This document shows positions 16,619-25,652 of a stretch of 32,000 bases of DNA, piece by piece (the stretch's first letter is position 1; each line of letters opens with the position of its first letter). The position numbers were made by a program, and so were the translations under genes. The stretch comes from Thermofilum pendens Hrk 5 (lineage in GTDB: Archaea; Thermoproteota; Thermoprotei; Thermofilales; Thermofilaceae): NCBI RefSeq assembly GCF_000015225.1, contig NC_008698.1, positions 450,001-482,000 on the forward strand, given 5' to 3'. The notes under the pieces were generated by a model. That model worked only from the letters and a program-made list of their open reading frames with translations. It was not told where the DNA came from and made no database searches.

Positions 16619-18016
16619 CTACAGGTGTTCTAGGAGAGCTTTGAGCTTATCCCTGCTCACGACGGCTCCGCCTGCGGCCGGGTGTCCTCCGCCTTCTATC
16701 CCTATCTTCGCCGCGATGTCTTGTAGTGTTCTGCCTATGTCTACCTCTTCGGTTAGCCTTCGGAAGGAGATTTTCAGCGTGCTATCCTCCTTCGAGAGGG
16801 GTGCCGCGACCCCTAGTAGCTTCTTGTCCCTGAACTTCTGGGAGAGTAGTGACGCGAGTATGCTCGAAAGAGGTCCCGTGAGCTTGGGGTTTGCGTCCCT
16901 GACCTCGATTATGACGGAAATCCTGCCCTCGTATACTTTGACCTTTTCACTGTCGCCGCTTAGAACGCTCTCTATGAGCCGCGCGAGAGTCTTCCTGTAA
17001 TTGTTGGACACGTCCTCGGCTATGGCGAGCAGACTTCCTCTACCTCCGAGGTTTATGGCTACGGCGACCTCGTAGTTTTCCATGCGTCCAAGCGCGTTTA
17101 GAATGTAGGCATACTCTCTGAGGTCTCTGAGTGGGCTTTCCGGTTTTTCGCTTGCAAGGTAGTAGTTGTAGCCAATTATCTTCTGTGCATCCTTGACGGA
17201 TAGCCCGGCGGACAGCATGTACTTCACTAGCTCCGTGGCCAGCTTCTTCACTTCCTCGCTGCTCAGAGACCCCACCGTTCTAAGCTCTTCACCGGCCTTG
17301 GGCTCTATGCCTATTTTCTTCAGGAAATTGTAGCACGCAGTCTCGTTGCCCGTGAGCCCGGGTAAGAAGGGGTCGGTTGTCCTCGCAATGGCCTTCACCA
17401 AGGGCCTCTTGGGACCTCCGAAGAACCTTAGCCCTAGGGACGCCTCAACGACTTTCCTGTCGAGAGCTTCCCTCAGTACCCGCTCGTTTAACCCTTTAAA
17501 AGAATAACGGGGTCCCAAGTCTAGCCTGTCACCCAAAGCTCCTACCAGTGCCACGTGAACCATCTTCTCCACTTTCTCGTCGAGCGACCGTAGCAAAAGG
17601 TATGTGAGTGTCGAAGCGCTAGCCTCCTCTGACCCGTTGAGCCCGACCCTGTAAGGGTTTATCTCTACGCAACATTCCTCGCCCTTAGGAGAAGAGGGCA
17701 CATGGTGGTCGATCAGCAGGATGTTTTTGCCCTCCGCGTACCTCTCTATGAGGTGTTTGTAGCCGCTCCCGAGGTCAAGGAAGATAGCGTAGTCGTACTC
17801 TCCTAGCGGGAGCTCTTCGAGAGTTCTGGGATCCACTTGCTCCACGAGCCTGGCGTGGAAGGGTACCCCGTGGCTCCACAAAAAGTACAGCATGAGCGAC
17901 AGAGAGGATAAGCCGTCGGCATCGTAGTGAGAAACTACGAGCACCCACTCCCTGCTCTCCAACAACTTGGACATGAATTCGGCAAAAGAGGACGTTAGCT
18001 CCTCGATTCTAGCCAA
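16619..18016 (-). CDS. DHH/DHHA1 phosphoesterase, RecJ/Cdc45-like
   Basis: 465 aa. DHH motifs VVSHYDADGLSS, DLGSG and LIDHH. DHHA1 GGGHPAAGG near the C-terminus. TTG start in the same frame 33 nt after the S15 stop, so it is probably co-transcribed. Confidence 0.8.
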   Translation of the reverse strand: MARIEELTSSFAEFMSKLLESREWVLVVSHYDADGLSSLSLMLYFLWSHGVPFHARLVEQVDPRTLEELPLGEYDYAIFLDLGSGYKHLIERYAEGKNILLIDHHVPSSPKGEECCVEINPYRVGLNGSEEASASTLTYLLLRSLDEKVEKMVHVALVGALGDRLDLGPRYSFKGLNERVLREALDRKVVEASLGLRFFGGPKRPLVKAIARTTDPFLPGLTGNETACYNFLKKIGIEPKAGEELRTVGSLSSEEVKKLATELVKYMLSAGLSVKDAQKIIGYNYYLASEKPESPLRDLREYAYILNALGRMENYEVAVAINLGGRGSLLAIAEDVSNNYRKTLARLIESVLSGDSEKVKVYEGRISVIIEVRDANPKLTGPLSSILASLLSQKFRDKKLLGVAAPLSKEDSTLKISFRRLTEEVDIGRTLQDIAAKIGIEGGGHPAAGGAVVSRDKLKALLEHL

Positions 18017-18049
18017 CCCGGGGACACCAGCAATTTAAGAGCTGGGACT

Positions 18050-18496
18050 CTACGTGTAGAGTGCGATTTTCGATGGTTCGTACTTCCAGTCCGGCGGCAG
18101 TATACCCTCTCTCTTGTAGTACTTGACAAGCCTGTGGATCTTGCTCTCGATCAACTGGAGTCCTCTCTTGGAGTGGTAGTCCTTGGGGTGCTCCTCGAGG
18201 TGTTTCCTTACGCGAATAGCCCTCTTCATTAAGTTCATGAGGTCTTCGGGAATTTCGGGTGCAAGCCCTCGTTCCCTGAGTATTTGAAGAACGCTTTTGC
18301 CGGTAACAGCTTTGACCATGGGGATTCCGTACTGGTCGCGTAGAATGACTCCAATCATTGATGGTGGATAACCCTTCCTGTAGAGTGACACGACGAGCTC
18401 TTCTACTTCTTCGGGTCTCATTTTCACCCATTCGGGCTTCTTGAGCTGTGGCGGCCTCGTGGAGCCAGATCTACCCTTCTCCTTACTTTTTCTCAT
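18050..18496 (-). CDS. rps15: Ribosomal protein S15 (uS15; S13e-type)
   Basis: [16 protein letters not shown]...[32 protein letters not shown]...[21 protein letters not shown] prefer the ATG at 18496 over the upstream TTG at 18523. TTTAAAT box about 35 nt upstream. Confidence 0.9.
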   Translation of the reverse strand: MRKSKEKGRSGSTRPPQLKKPEWVKMRPEEVEELVVSLYRKGYPPSMIGVILRDQYGIPMVKAVTGKSVLQILRERGLAPEIPEDLMNLMKRAIRVRKHLEEHPKDYHSKRGLQLIESKIHRLVKYYKREGILPPDWKYEPSKIALYT

Positions 18497-18693
18497 TACA
18501 GCCCCCTTTCCTAACTCAGTCAAACGTCATTTAAACCTTGCGCGTCGCGCGCGTGCTATCGGTCTTCAGTCACGGGTTCCTAACCGTTCTCGTAGCCACG
18601 TTGCAAAGTAGATATTCTAGAGGCTTGACACAGTACCGTATATGTTTCGCCTTGCGCTAAAAATATTTAAACTGAAAAACAAGGTTGATAGCG

Positions 18694-19812
18694 ATGATTC
18701 CTTACGAGTTTGAAGTGAAAGATATTTTCGAGAAGTTCCAAGTTCCCGTCGAGAAGTCCTGCCTGCTAACTCACGAAGCTTTGAAGGATTCCTTGGGATG
18801 CATAAAGGGCCTGAGAACACCTTTGATTGTTAAAGCGCAGGTTCGCGGATGGGGTAGAGGGAAGGCGGGGTTAGTGAAAAGCGCCGAGAACCCCGAGGAG
18901 GCTTTGAAGGTTGCGCAGGAATTCTTCCTTCGAGAGTTTAACGGAGAGAAGATAAGGTACGTGCTGGTGTCTGAGAGAAAGAGGATACTCAGGGAAATGT
19001 ACCTGTCCTTTATGGTTTCCTCTAACCCTCCGGGGTTCCTACTGCTGGCATCCAAGCACGGTGGTGTTGACGTCGAAGAACTTTCGAAAACTCCTGGAGG
19101 ATTGCTGAAAATATTCATAGACCCCTTTGAGGGGTTGCGGGACTACATGGTTAGAACGGTTGCGGGTTATCTCGGTGTGCCGCAGGAGCACATAGAGAAG
19201 ATTTTGAGAAGCCTTTGGCAGATATTCAGAGAGTACAACTTCACCTTGCTCGAGGTAAACCCTCTAGCGCTAACCGAGGATGGGGTACTGGCTCTCGACA
19301 GGAAGGGAGTCATAGATGATGATGCCTCTAGGAAAAGCTCCCTGACGGGGATCTTCGCGCGCTACTTCTCGGAGCTCGACGAGCTTAGCCTCTCGGCATT
19401 CCAGAAGGGGTTCTCCGTCGTGAAGCTCGACGGAGACACTGCCGTGGTGGGCAATGGCGCCGGGCTGACCATGGCTACGCTTGACGCCGTTCTCGAGGCG
19501 GGTGCAAGGCCAGGGCTTTTCCTAGACTTGGGCGGGGGAGCTGACGCCGAGAGAGTCAGGGAGGCCCTCCTACTCGTACTGAAACAGCAGAACATTTCGA
19601 AGATCCTCCTGAACATCTTGGGAGGGATAACCCGGTGCGACGAGGTGGCCAGAGGAGTAGTACAAGCCTTGTCGTCCGCTAAACCGAGTAGCGTGAAAGT
19701 AGCCGTGAGGCTTTCCGGTTTCATGGAGGACGAGGGCAGGAGGATACTGAGAGAGGCGGGTCTAAGCGCGTTTGATAGCCTGGAAGAAGCTGTAGCGAGC
19801 TTGTTAGGCTGA
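18694..19812 (+). CDS. sucC: Succinyl-CoA synthetase (ADP-forming), beta subunit
   Basis: ATP-grasp N-terminus (YEFEVKDIFEKFQVPV...LIVKAQV..GRGKAGLVK) and C-terminal CoA-ligase domain (NILGGITRCDEVA). The ATG at 18694 lies about 27 nt from the AAATATTTAAA box, giving leaderless geometry. The track start TTG 18685 is too close to that box. Confidence 0.85.
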   Translation: MIPYEFEVKDIFEKFQVPVEKSCLLTHEALKDSLGCIKGLRTPLIVKAQVRGWGRGKAGLVKSAENPEEALKVAQEFFLREFNGEKIRYVLVSERKRILREMYLSFMVSSNPPGFLLLASKHGGVDVEELSKTPGGLLKIFIDPFEGLRDYMVRTVAGYLGVPQEHIEKILRSLWQIFREYNFTLLEVNPLALTEDGVLALDRKGVIDDDASRKSSLTGIFARYFSELDELSLSAFQKGFSVVKLDGDTAVVGNGAGLTMATLDAVLEAGARPGLFLDLGGGADAERVREALLLVLKQQNISKILLNILGGITRCDEVARGVVQALSSAKPSSVKVAVRLSGFMEDEGRRILREAGLSAFDSLEEAVASLLG

Positions 19813-19826
19813 GGTGAGTGGTGCCC

Positions 19827-20711
19827 ATGGCTATACTCGTAGACGAGAAAACCCGCGTGCTCGTACAGGGGATCACCGGCAAGCAGGGAATGCTCCATAC
19901 CGAGCAAATGCTACGCTACGGAACGCGGATTGTTGCCGGTGTAACCCCGGGAAAAGGTGGCTCCACGATAGTCGGCGTACCCGTTTACAACACGGTGGCG
20001 GAGGCAGTGGATAAGCACCCGGAGATAAATACCTCTATAGTATTCGTCCCCGCCCCCTATGCGCCCGACGCCGTTTACGAGGCTCTCGACGCCGGTATAA
20101 AGAAGGTGGTCGTCATAACGGAGCACATACCCGTTCACGAGACCATAGAATTCGTGAGGTATGCGCTGAGCAAGCAGGCGGTAATCATAGGCCCAAACAC
20201 GCCCGGCGTGATATCGCCTGGAAAGTCCAAGGTGGGTATAATGCCCGGGGAGTACTTTAAGCCGGGTAACGTGGGTGTAGTCTCGCGAAGTGGAACGCTC
20301 ACGTACGAGGTTTCCCTGAGGCTTCTCGCTAGCGGTTTCGGCGTATCCACAGCTGTTGGGATAGGAGGAGACCCCGTCACCGGCCTATCCTTCGAAGATG
20401 TCTACGAGTTATTCGCGCGCGACGATGAAACAAGGCTCGTGGTTCTCGTCGGCGAGATAGGCGGGACAAAAGAAGAGAGATTCGCGGAGTACTACGCTAA
20501 GCTCTCCTCGAAAAAACCCGTTGTAGCGTTCATAGCTGGTAAATCCGCCCCGCCTGGACGCAAAATGGGGCATGCCGGCGCGATAGTCTTCGGCTCGGAA
20601 GGTTCCTACGAAAGTAAGGTTAACGCGCTGAGAAGAAGCGGTATCTACGTCGCCCAGAGCCTAAGGGAGATCGCGGAGATCGTGGCGCGTGTACTGTCTA
20701 CGCCTCGATAA
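19827..20711 (+). CDS. sucD: Succinyl-CoA synthetase, alpha subunit
   Basis: MAILVDEKTRVLVQGITGKQG, SRSGTLTYE, and phosphohistidine loop MGHAGAIV. GAGGTGA Shine-Dalgarno-like sequence 9-10 nt upstream of ATG 19827. Confidence 0.9.
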   Translation: MAILVDEKTRVLVQGITGKQGMLHTEQMLRYGTRIVAGVTPGKGGSTIVGVPVYNTVAEAVDKHPEINTSIVFVPAPYAPDAVYEALDAGIKKVVVITEHIPVHETIEFVRYALSKQAVIIGPNTPGVISPGKSKVGIMPGEYFKPGNVGVVSRSGTLTYEVSLRLLASGFGVSTAVGIGGDPVTGLSFEDVYELFARDDETRLVVLVGEIGGTKEERFAEYYAKLSSKKPVVAFIAGKSAPPGRKMGHAGAIVFGSEGSYESKVNALRRSGIYVAQSLREIAEIVARVLSTPR

Positions 20712-21396
20712 AAGTCCCGGCGACCCTCTCCCCTCTTAGAGCTCTAAAGATGTTTCCCGGAGGGTCTCCTTTGAGTACAAAAACCTTCACCTTACTTCTT
20801 TGAATAACGTTCAGCGAGAGAACATCTATCATCCTATACTCTCCCGCTACTTGTTCCCGCTGAAACATTCTTCTAAGCTCTTCAACCGAGACCCTTTCCA
20901 TTAGGGTAGCCGCGGGGTTGCGCTTAGGGTCATCCGTGTATATGCCCTCGACGTCCGTGGCTATGATTAGCGATCCATTAAGAGACTCCGCAACTAGAGC
21001 TGCGGTAGTTGTCGTAGACTGCCCTGGCTGTAGTCCCCCCATGAAAACCACTCTCAACCCGCTTGCGAGAAGCTTGTGGACATCGAGCAAAGTCTCAGGT
21101 ATGAGGGGCGGAGAGTTGTAGAAAGCAGCGTACATTGTTGCCGCGTTAAGCCTTGAAACCAGTATTCCCAGGTAGTCTAATACGCCCTCGTTCACACCCA
21201 ACCTTCTTCCGAGCTGGATGTAGTTCCTCGCATAGCGCCCTCCCCCCACTACTACTACGACTCTCCCGTTAGACTCCGCTAGGTACTCGCGTAGCTCCCG
21301 GAGAAACCCCCTAACATAACCTTCCTTAAGCGACCCTTCATCTTCGAACAGTAGCGACCCCCCAAGCTTAACCACTGCGAGTGCAGCCTCACCCAT
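20698..21396 (-). CDS. pyrH: Uridylate (UMP) kinase, archaeal type
   Basis: 232 aa. Amino-acid-kinase fold with VVKLGGSLL N-terminus, VVVGGG and ATDVEGIYTDDP. Its 3' end overlaps sucD by 14 nt (convergent). Confidence 0.9.
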   Translation of the reverse strand: MGEAALAVVKLGGSLLFEDEGSLKEGYVRGFLRELREYLAESNGRVVVVVGGGRYARNYIQLGRRLGVNEGVLDYLGILVSRLNAATMYAAFYNSPPLIPETLLDVHKLLASGLRVVFMGGLQPGQSTTTTAALVAESLNGSLIIATDVEGIYTDDPKRNPAATLMERVSVEELRRMFQREQVAGEYRMIDVLSLNVIQRSKVKVFVLKGDPPGNIFRALRGERVAGTFIEA

Positions 21397-21557
21397 AACT
21401 CCTCCACAGAAAGCCGTACTCCTACATCCTTATATCACTTCGCTTCGCGCGCCTGCGCAGGCATATGCGTGGAGTTAGGTTGTAAAGAACTATAGAAAAT
21501 GCTAAAAGCAGTAGAAATAAAAGACGCATGAGAGGTATCTGCGCGTAGCGTGGTGGC

Positions 21558-22796
21558 GTGAAGATGCAAGAAAGCATCGAGAGGTATAAGCTCGAAAAAC
21601 TAGTGGAAGAGCTCAAGAAGAAAGAGGGTAGGGGCACAGAGCTCGTGTCACTGTATATACCGGCTGGTAGACCGATAAGCGACGTTCTGAACACCCTGTA
21701 CTACGAGTATTCGACGGCTTCTAACATTAAGGACAGGGTTACCAGGCACCACGTACTAGACGCCCTGGCAACAATAATCAACAGGCTTAAACTGTTCCGC
21801 GAAACCCCGCCGAACGGGCTGATAGTCTTTGCGGGCTATGTTGCTGGAGACGTGCCTGGCAGGGAGAAGATGGAGGTGCACCTAATAGAGCCTCCGCAAA
21901 AGCTCAACGTATGGCTCTACAGGTGCGACTCCCGTTTCTACACGGAGATACTCGAAGAGATGATCAGGGTAAAGGAGGTTTACGGGCTGATAGTGATAGA
22001 GCGCGACGAGGCCGCGATAGCTATACTCAGGGGAAAATCCCTCGAGGTGGTCGATGAGCTAACGGCCGGCGTTCCGGGCAAGCATAGAAGCGGTGGCCAG
22101 TCTGCTAGGAGGTTTGAGAGGATAATAGAGCAACTCGTCCACGAGTTCTATAAGAGAGTCGGAGAACATGCCAACAAGATCTTCCTCCCGTTGAAAGACG
22201 AGCTCAGAGGCATAATCATAGGTGGTCCCGGCTTCTCCAAGAAGGAGTTCGCCGAGGGAGATTACCTCCACTACGAGCTTAGGCAAAAGATACTAGGCCT
22301 GTTCGACGTAGGGTACGGAGGGGTCTCGGGCTTGTACGAACTTCTAGAAAAGTCGAAGGACCTTATAAAGGATGTCCAGTTTATGAAGGAGAGAGAGGCG
22401 GTGAACCAGTTTCTCTACCATCTAGCAAGGGATACAGGGCTCGCAGTTTACGGTGAGGCTGAAGTTCGAGAAGCACTACAGCTAAACGCGGTCGAAAAAC
22501 TACTCCTATCAGAAGACCTGGAGAAAATACGGGTACGTGCGAAGTGCACGTCGTGCAAGCACGAGTTCGAAGCCACCTTGCACAGTGAGTCAGAGGTCGC
22601 TCAGCTGAAGTGCCCTAAGTGCGGCGGAGAAGTGGAGATAATTGAGAACAGGTCTGTCGTAGAGGAGCTCGCGGAGCTCGCGGAGAAAACAGGAGCGGAG
22701 GTAGTGCTAGTCTCCACTCAGTCAGCGGAGGGAAAAGAGTTCTTCAAGACCTTCGGGGGTATAGGCGCTATTCTAAGGTACAGGCTACAGCGATGA
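21558..22796 (+). CDS. prf1: Peptide chain release factor aRF1
   Basis: 412 aa. GGQ motif (HRSGGQSARRFER), NIK-type decoding motif (TASNIKDRV), and a CxxC...CxxC mini-domain in the C-terminal domain. Confidence 0.95.
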   Translation: MKMQESIERYKLEKLVEELKKKEGRGTELVSLYIPAGRPISDVLNTLYYEYSTASNIKDRVTRHHVLDALATIINRLKLFRETPPNGLIVFAGYVAGDVPGREKMEVHLIEPPQKLNVWLYRCDSRFYTEILEEMIRVKEVYGLIVIERDEAAIAILRGKSLEVVDELTAGVPGKHRSGGQSARRFERIIEQLVHEFYKRVGEHANKIFLPLKDELRGIIIGGPGFSKKEFAEGDYLHYELRQKILGLFDVGYGGVSGLYELLEKSKDLIKDVQFMKEREAVNQFLYHLARDTGLAVYGEAEVREALQLNAVEKLLLSEDLEKIRVRAKCTSCKHEFEATLHSESEVAQLKCPKCGGEVEIIENRSVVEELAELAEKTGAEVVLVSTQSAEGKEFFKTFGGIGAILRYRLQR

Positions 22797-23425
22797 GCCC
22801 TTTGAGGAAGAAATGGCTGGAGATTCTGCTAAACAGGATACCTAGGCATCCCTCGCCAAAGATAGAGCTCGAGCAGTATGCTACCCCATCGACGCTCGCC
22901 GCAACGTTGCTGTGGATCGCCCAGGAACATTTCCAGGACATAAGCGGGAAAAAGGTGCTGGACCTAGGATGCGGGACAGGCAGGCTGGGGATAGGTGCCG
23001 CACTTCTCGGCGGCATTGTTGTGATGCTGGACCTGGACTTTTCCGCAGTAAGCGAGGCTAAGAGCGCGGCGATAAGACTCGGGGTCTACGAGCGCGTAGA
23101 TCTCCTGGTGGCGGACGTCAGGCTGATACCTCTACGCGAGGGTATCCTCTTCGACACAGTCGTAGAGAACCCTCCATTCGGCGTGCATGCGAGGGGAAGC
23201 GATATCACCTTCTTATCGCGTGCTGTGATGCTTGCCGGCACGGTTTACAGCATACACAAAAGCTCGAGCGTAGACTTCGTTAAATCATACCTAGAGAAAA
23301 TGTGTGGAGACATTAGGGTCCAAGTTCTCTTCGAGGAGAGAATGTGTCTGCCCCCCGAGTACCCGTTCCACAGAAAGAGGAGACACTGTTTCAACGTGGC
23401 GGTTATCAGGGTCGTGAAACTGTGA
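22793..23425 (+). CDS. N6-adenine-type RNA methyltransferase (METTL5/COG2263-like)
   Basis: 210 aa. SAM motif VLDLGCGTGRLGIG and catalytic ENPPFG. Its start ATG overlaps the prf1 stop (ATGA), consistent with translational coupling. Confidence 0.8.
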   Translation: MSPLRKKWLEILLNRIPRHPSPKIELEQYATPSTLAATLLWIAQEHFQDISGKKVLDLGCGTGRLGIGAALLGGIVVMLDLDFSAVSEAKSAAIRLGVYERVDLLVADVRLIPLREGILFDTVVENPPFGVHARGSDITFLSRAVMLAGTVYSIHKSSSVDFVKSYLEKMCGDIRVQVLFEERMCLPPEYPFHRKRRHCFNVAVIRVVKL

Positions 23426-23516
23426 ATTGCGGTTCCGAGTGTGCCAGAAGGGGTAACCGAGCGCCAACCGGAAATCGCATATATATCTGCGCGCGTTAAA
23501 GCTACGGTGTTTCGTA

Positions 23517-24083
23517 GTGAGGGAAGACAGGGTAGTGATCCCCGGAGAAAACGTCGGCGTAGCGGAAGAGTACTTGCCGGGTGAAAACGTATATGTTGAC
23601 GAGGAGACTGGCGACTTAAAAGCCAAGAGGGTCGGCGTACTGAAAGAGGAGAGAGCTCAGCACATCGTCAAGGTTTTTCCCTTCAAGCCCGACGGTCAGC
23701 TCGGGAAGGGCGATGTGGTTTACGCTGTAGTCAAGCAGATAAGAGACCCCGTAGCTATAGTCGAGATTTTCTACGTTGAAAACAAACGTAGGAAACTGAT
23801 ACCCCCGCTAACCGGGATACTGCACGTGTCTAACGCAAGTAGCTCGAGGGTTCGTCTACTCTCGGACGTGATAGGCTACGGGGACGTAATAAGAGCGACT
23901 ATAGCTGACGAAGGAGGACCTCCTTACTACCTCTCCATAAGGGGGAGGGAGTTTGGAGTCGTCGTGGCTAAGTGCCCCAGCTGCATGACACCAATGAGAA
24001 AGCGCGGGGTAATACTGCTCTGCCCGAACTGCAGGTATAAGACCCGTAGGAGAAAGGTGAGCTCTAGGTACATGCTGAAGTAG
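23517..24083 (+). CDS. csl4: Exosome complex RNA-binding subunit Csl4
   Basis: 188 aa. N-terminal VVIPGENVGVAEEYLPG, S1-like central domain, and C-terminal zinc ribbon CPSC...CPNC. GTG start about 35 nt from the CATATATAT box. Confidence 0.85.
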   Translation: MREDRVVIPGENVGVAEEYLPGENVYVDEETGDLKAKRVGVLKEERAQHIVKVFPFKPDGQLGKGDVVYAVVKQIRDPVAIVEIFYVENKRRKLIPPLTGILHVSNASSSRVRLLSDVIGYGDVIRATIADEGGPPYYLSIRGREFGVVVAKCPSCMTPMRKRGVILLCPNCRYKTRRRKVSSRYMLK

Positions 24084-24096
24084 CGCGTGGCGCGCG

Positions 24097-24741
24097 GTGT
24101 CTGCCTTGCGTGGAGTCACGTTAACGTTCACGTTTAACGATTCGGGAGAGGCGGTTTCCTTCCTGTCCATGCTTAAAAAGGAGCTTGGAGACGCCCGCCT
24201 CTACGGCGAGATTAAAGGAAAAAAGCTCAAGGTGTTTATCCCAGAAGGAGAGCGGACAGATGACATTGTGAGAAGGGTAAAGACGCTGTACCGCGAGATC
24301 CACGAAAAAACTTTAACAGTGCGCCCCAGGAAGCTCGGCGTATCTACGATCCTCTCGATGGCTAACCTCGAAGTAGCCATACCGGTTCCCGCCCTTGCAG
24401 ATGTCCTCAACATGGTGGGGAAAAAAGCCGTGCTTAGAGGAGAATACCTAGAGACCAACGCCTCCCTGAAGGAGGCGGTAGAGTTCGCAGAAAAACTTTC
24501 CCGCGCGTATAAGAGCCTACTTCACGAGCCGCTCACCGCTACCGCGAGAAGACTTGCCGCCGTAGCTTCCGTTGTACTAGGGACAGAACCCGACAAGGCT
24601 GTTGACCTCCTAGTTTCCAAGGGCATTTTAAAACAAGTCGAGGGCAACGTCTCGCTGTCCGAGGAGTACACGAAGAGCCTTTCAAGGCTTAGGAGTCTGC
24701 TTGAAGAGAGACGAGACGACGTACGAGAGACCTCTATCTAG
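24097..24741 (+). CDS. Hypothetical protein (214 aa) downstream of csl4
   Basis: GTG start 13 nt after the csl4 stop, immediately after GCGCGCG. The composition looks coding. I recognise no motif. Confidence 0.55.
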   Translation: MSALRGVTLTFTFNDSGEAVSFLSMLKKELGDARLYGEIKGKKLKVFIPEGERTDDIVRRVKTLYREIHEKTLTVRPRKLGVSTILSMANLEVAIPVPALADVLNMVGKKAVLRGEYLETNASLKEAVEFAEKLSRAYKSLLHEPLTATARRLAAVASVVLGTEPDKAVDLLVSKGILKQVEGNVSLSEEYTKSLSRLRSLLEERRDDVRETSI

Positions 24742-25569
24742 CACTCTTCTCGCAAGCTTCTCGGGTAGAGGAGTCTCGTACTTCTCCACGTAAATAAACC
24801 TTAGCGACTTCGAGGATGGACGCACCGTAACCTTAGAGGCTTCCTGTAGCTTCGAGTATACCTGTCCGTCCACCACCAGGTTCGCCGGGTGCGCGATTAC
24901 CTTTACAGCTATCGAGCCGCCGTGAACTATTAACGGACGGATGAGGGGTGAGAGAGCCCCGGGAAAAACAACTTCTAGAGCCCTTTGACCTGTGTCGATG
25001 ATTACTGGACCGCCGTACGAAAACGCATGGCCCGTGCTTCCGGCTGGCGTTGCTACAATTACGCCGTCCCCTCTGACTCTGTACAAGCTTTCATCGTTAA
25101 GCAATACTTCGAACTCTACTATCTTCCCGGGCTCCGACCACACGCATACTTCGTTGAGAAAAACTCCTGCCCTTTCTCCCGCAATGAACTCTCCGAGAGC
25201 CACGTCCCGCTCCGAATAGTTGCCCCTCAAGACCTCCTCGAGAACCTCCCTTGCAACGTCTACCCTGTGGGGAAGCAGGTAGCCGAGGCTATCGGAGGAA
25301 AAGCCTAGAATCGGAGGAAGCACCGCGTTGCTCTTCTGAACGGTTCTTAAAAGAGTCCCGTCACCTCCAACGACTATACCCAGGTCAGCTTCGCGGGCTT
25401 CTAGCTCCGAAAGGCTACGCCCAGGTATAACGTGGCCGAGCAAGGGGTCTACGTACACGTCTAGCCCTCTATCCGTCAGGTATCGATAAAGCAGGCGCGC
25501 ATGTTCCAACACTACTGGATCGTTAGCCCTAGCCTTCATCCAGACCTTTCTGAAGCTCATTACGAACAC
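24682..25569 (-). CDS. nadK: NAD kinase
   Basis: GGDGTLLR motif, NE...W region and conserved ATPAGSTGHAFSYGGP. The start is GTG 25569 or ATG 25560. The 3' end overlaps the convergent 24097-24741 ORF by 60 nt. Confidence 0.9.
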   Translation of the reverse strand: MFVMSFRKVWMKARANDPVVLEHARLLYRYLTDRGLDVYVDPLLGHVIPGRSLSELEAREADLGIVVGGDGTLLRTVQKSNAVLPPILGFSSDSLGYLLPHRVDVAREVLEEVLRGNYSERDVALGEFIAGERAGVFLNEVCVWSEPGKIVEFEVLLNDESLYRVRGDGVIVATPAGSTGHAFSYGGPVIIDTGQRALEVVFPGALSPLIRPLIVHGGSIAVKVIAHPANLVVDGQVYSKLQEASKVTVRPSSKSLRFIYVEKYETPLPEKLARRVLDRGLSYVVSSLFKQTPKP

Positions 25570-25652
25570 TCCCAGAAGTAATGTGTCAAAGGCGGTTAAT
25601 TTTAATTTTTATTATCTTTTAACGTGCTCCTCTAACATGCGAACTTGTTGGT

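Noticed and set aside
18617-18820. 67-aa minus-strand ORF upstream of and overlapping sucC
   Set aside because: It is antisense to the sucC 5' end and its promoter, with no supporting signals.
19362-19907. 181-aa minus-strand ORF, plus similar antisense ORFs (6911-7423, 13014-13379, 13431-13766, 16641-17000, 29709-30164, 3499-3816, 4195-4572)
   Set aside because: All are antisense shadows of strongly supported genes. They have Ser/Pro/Arg/Thr-rich low-complexity translations and no motifs.
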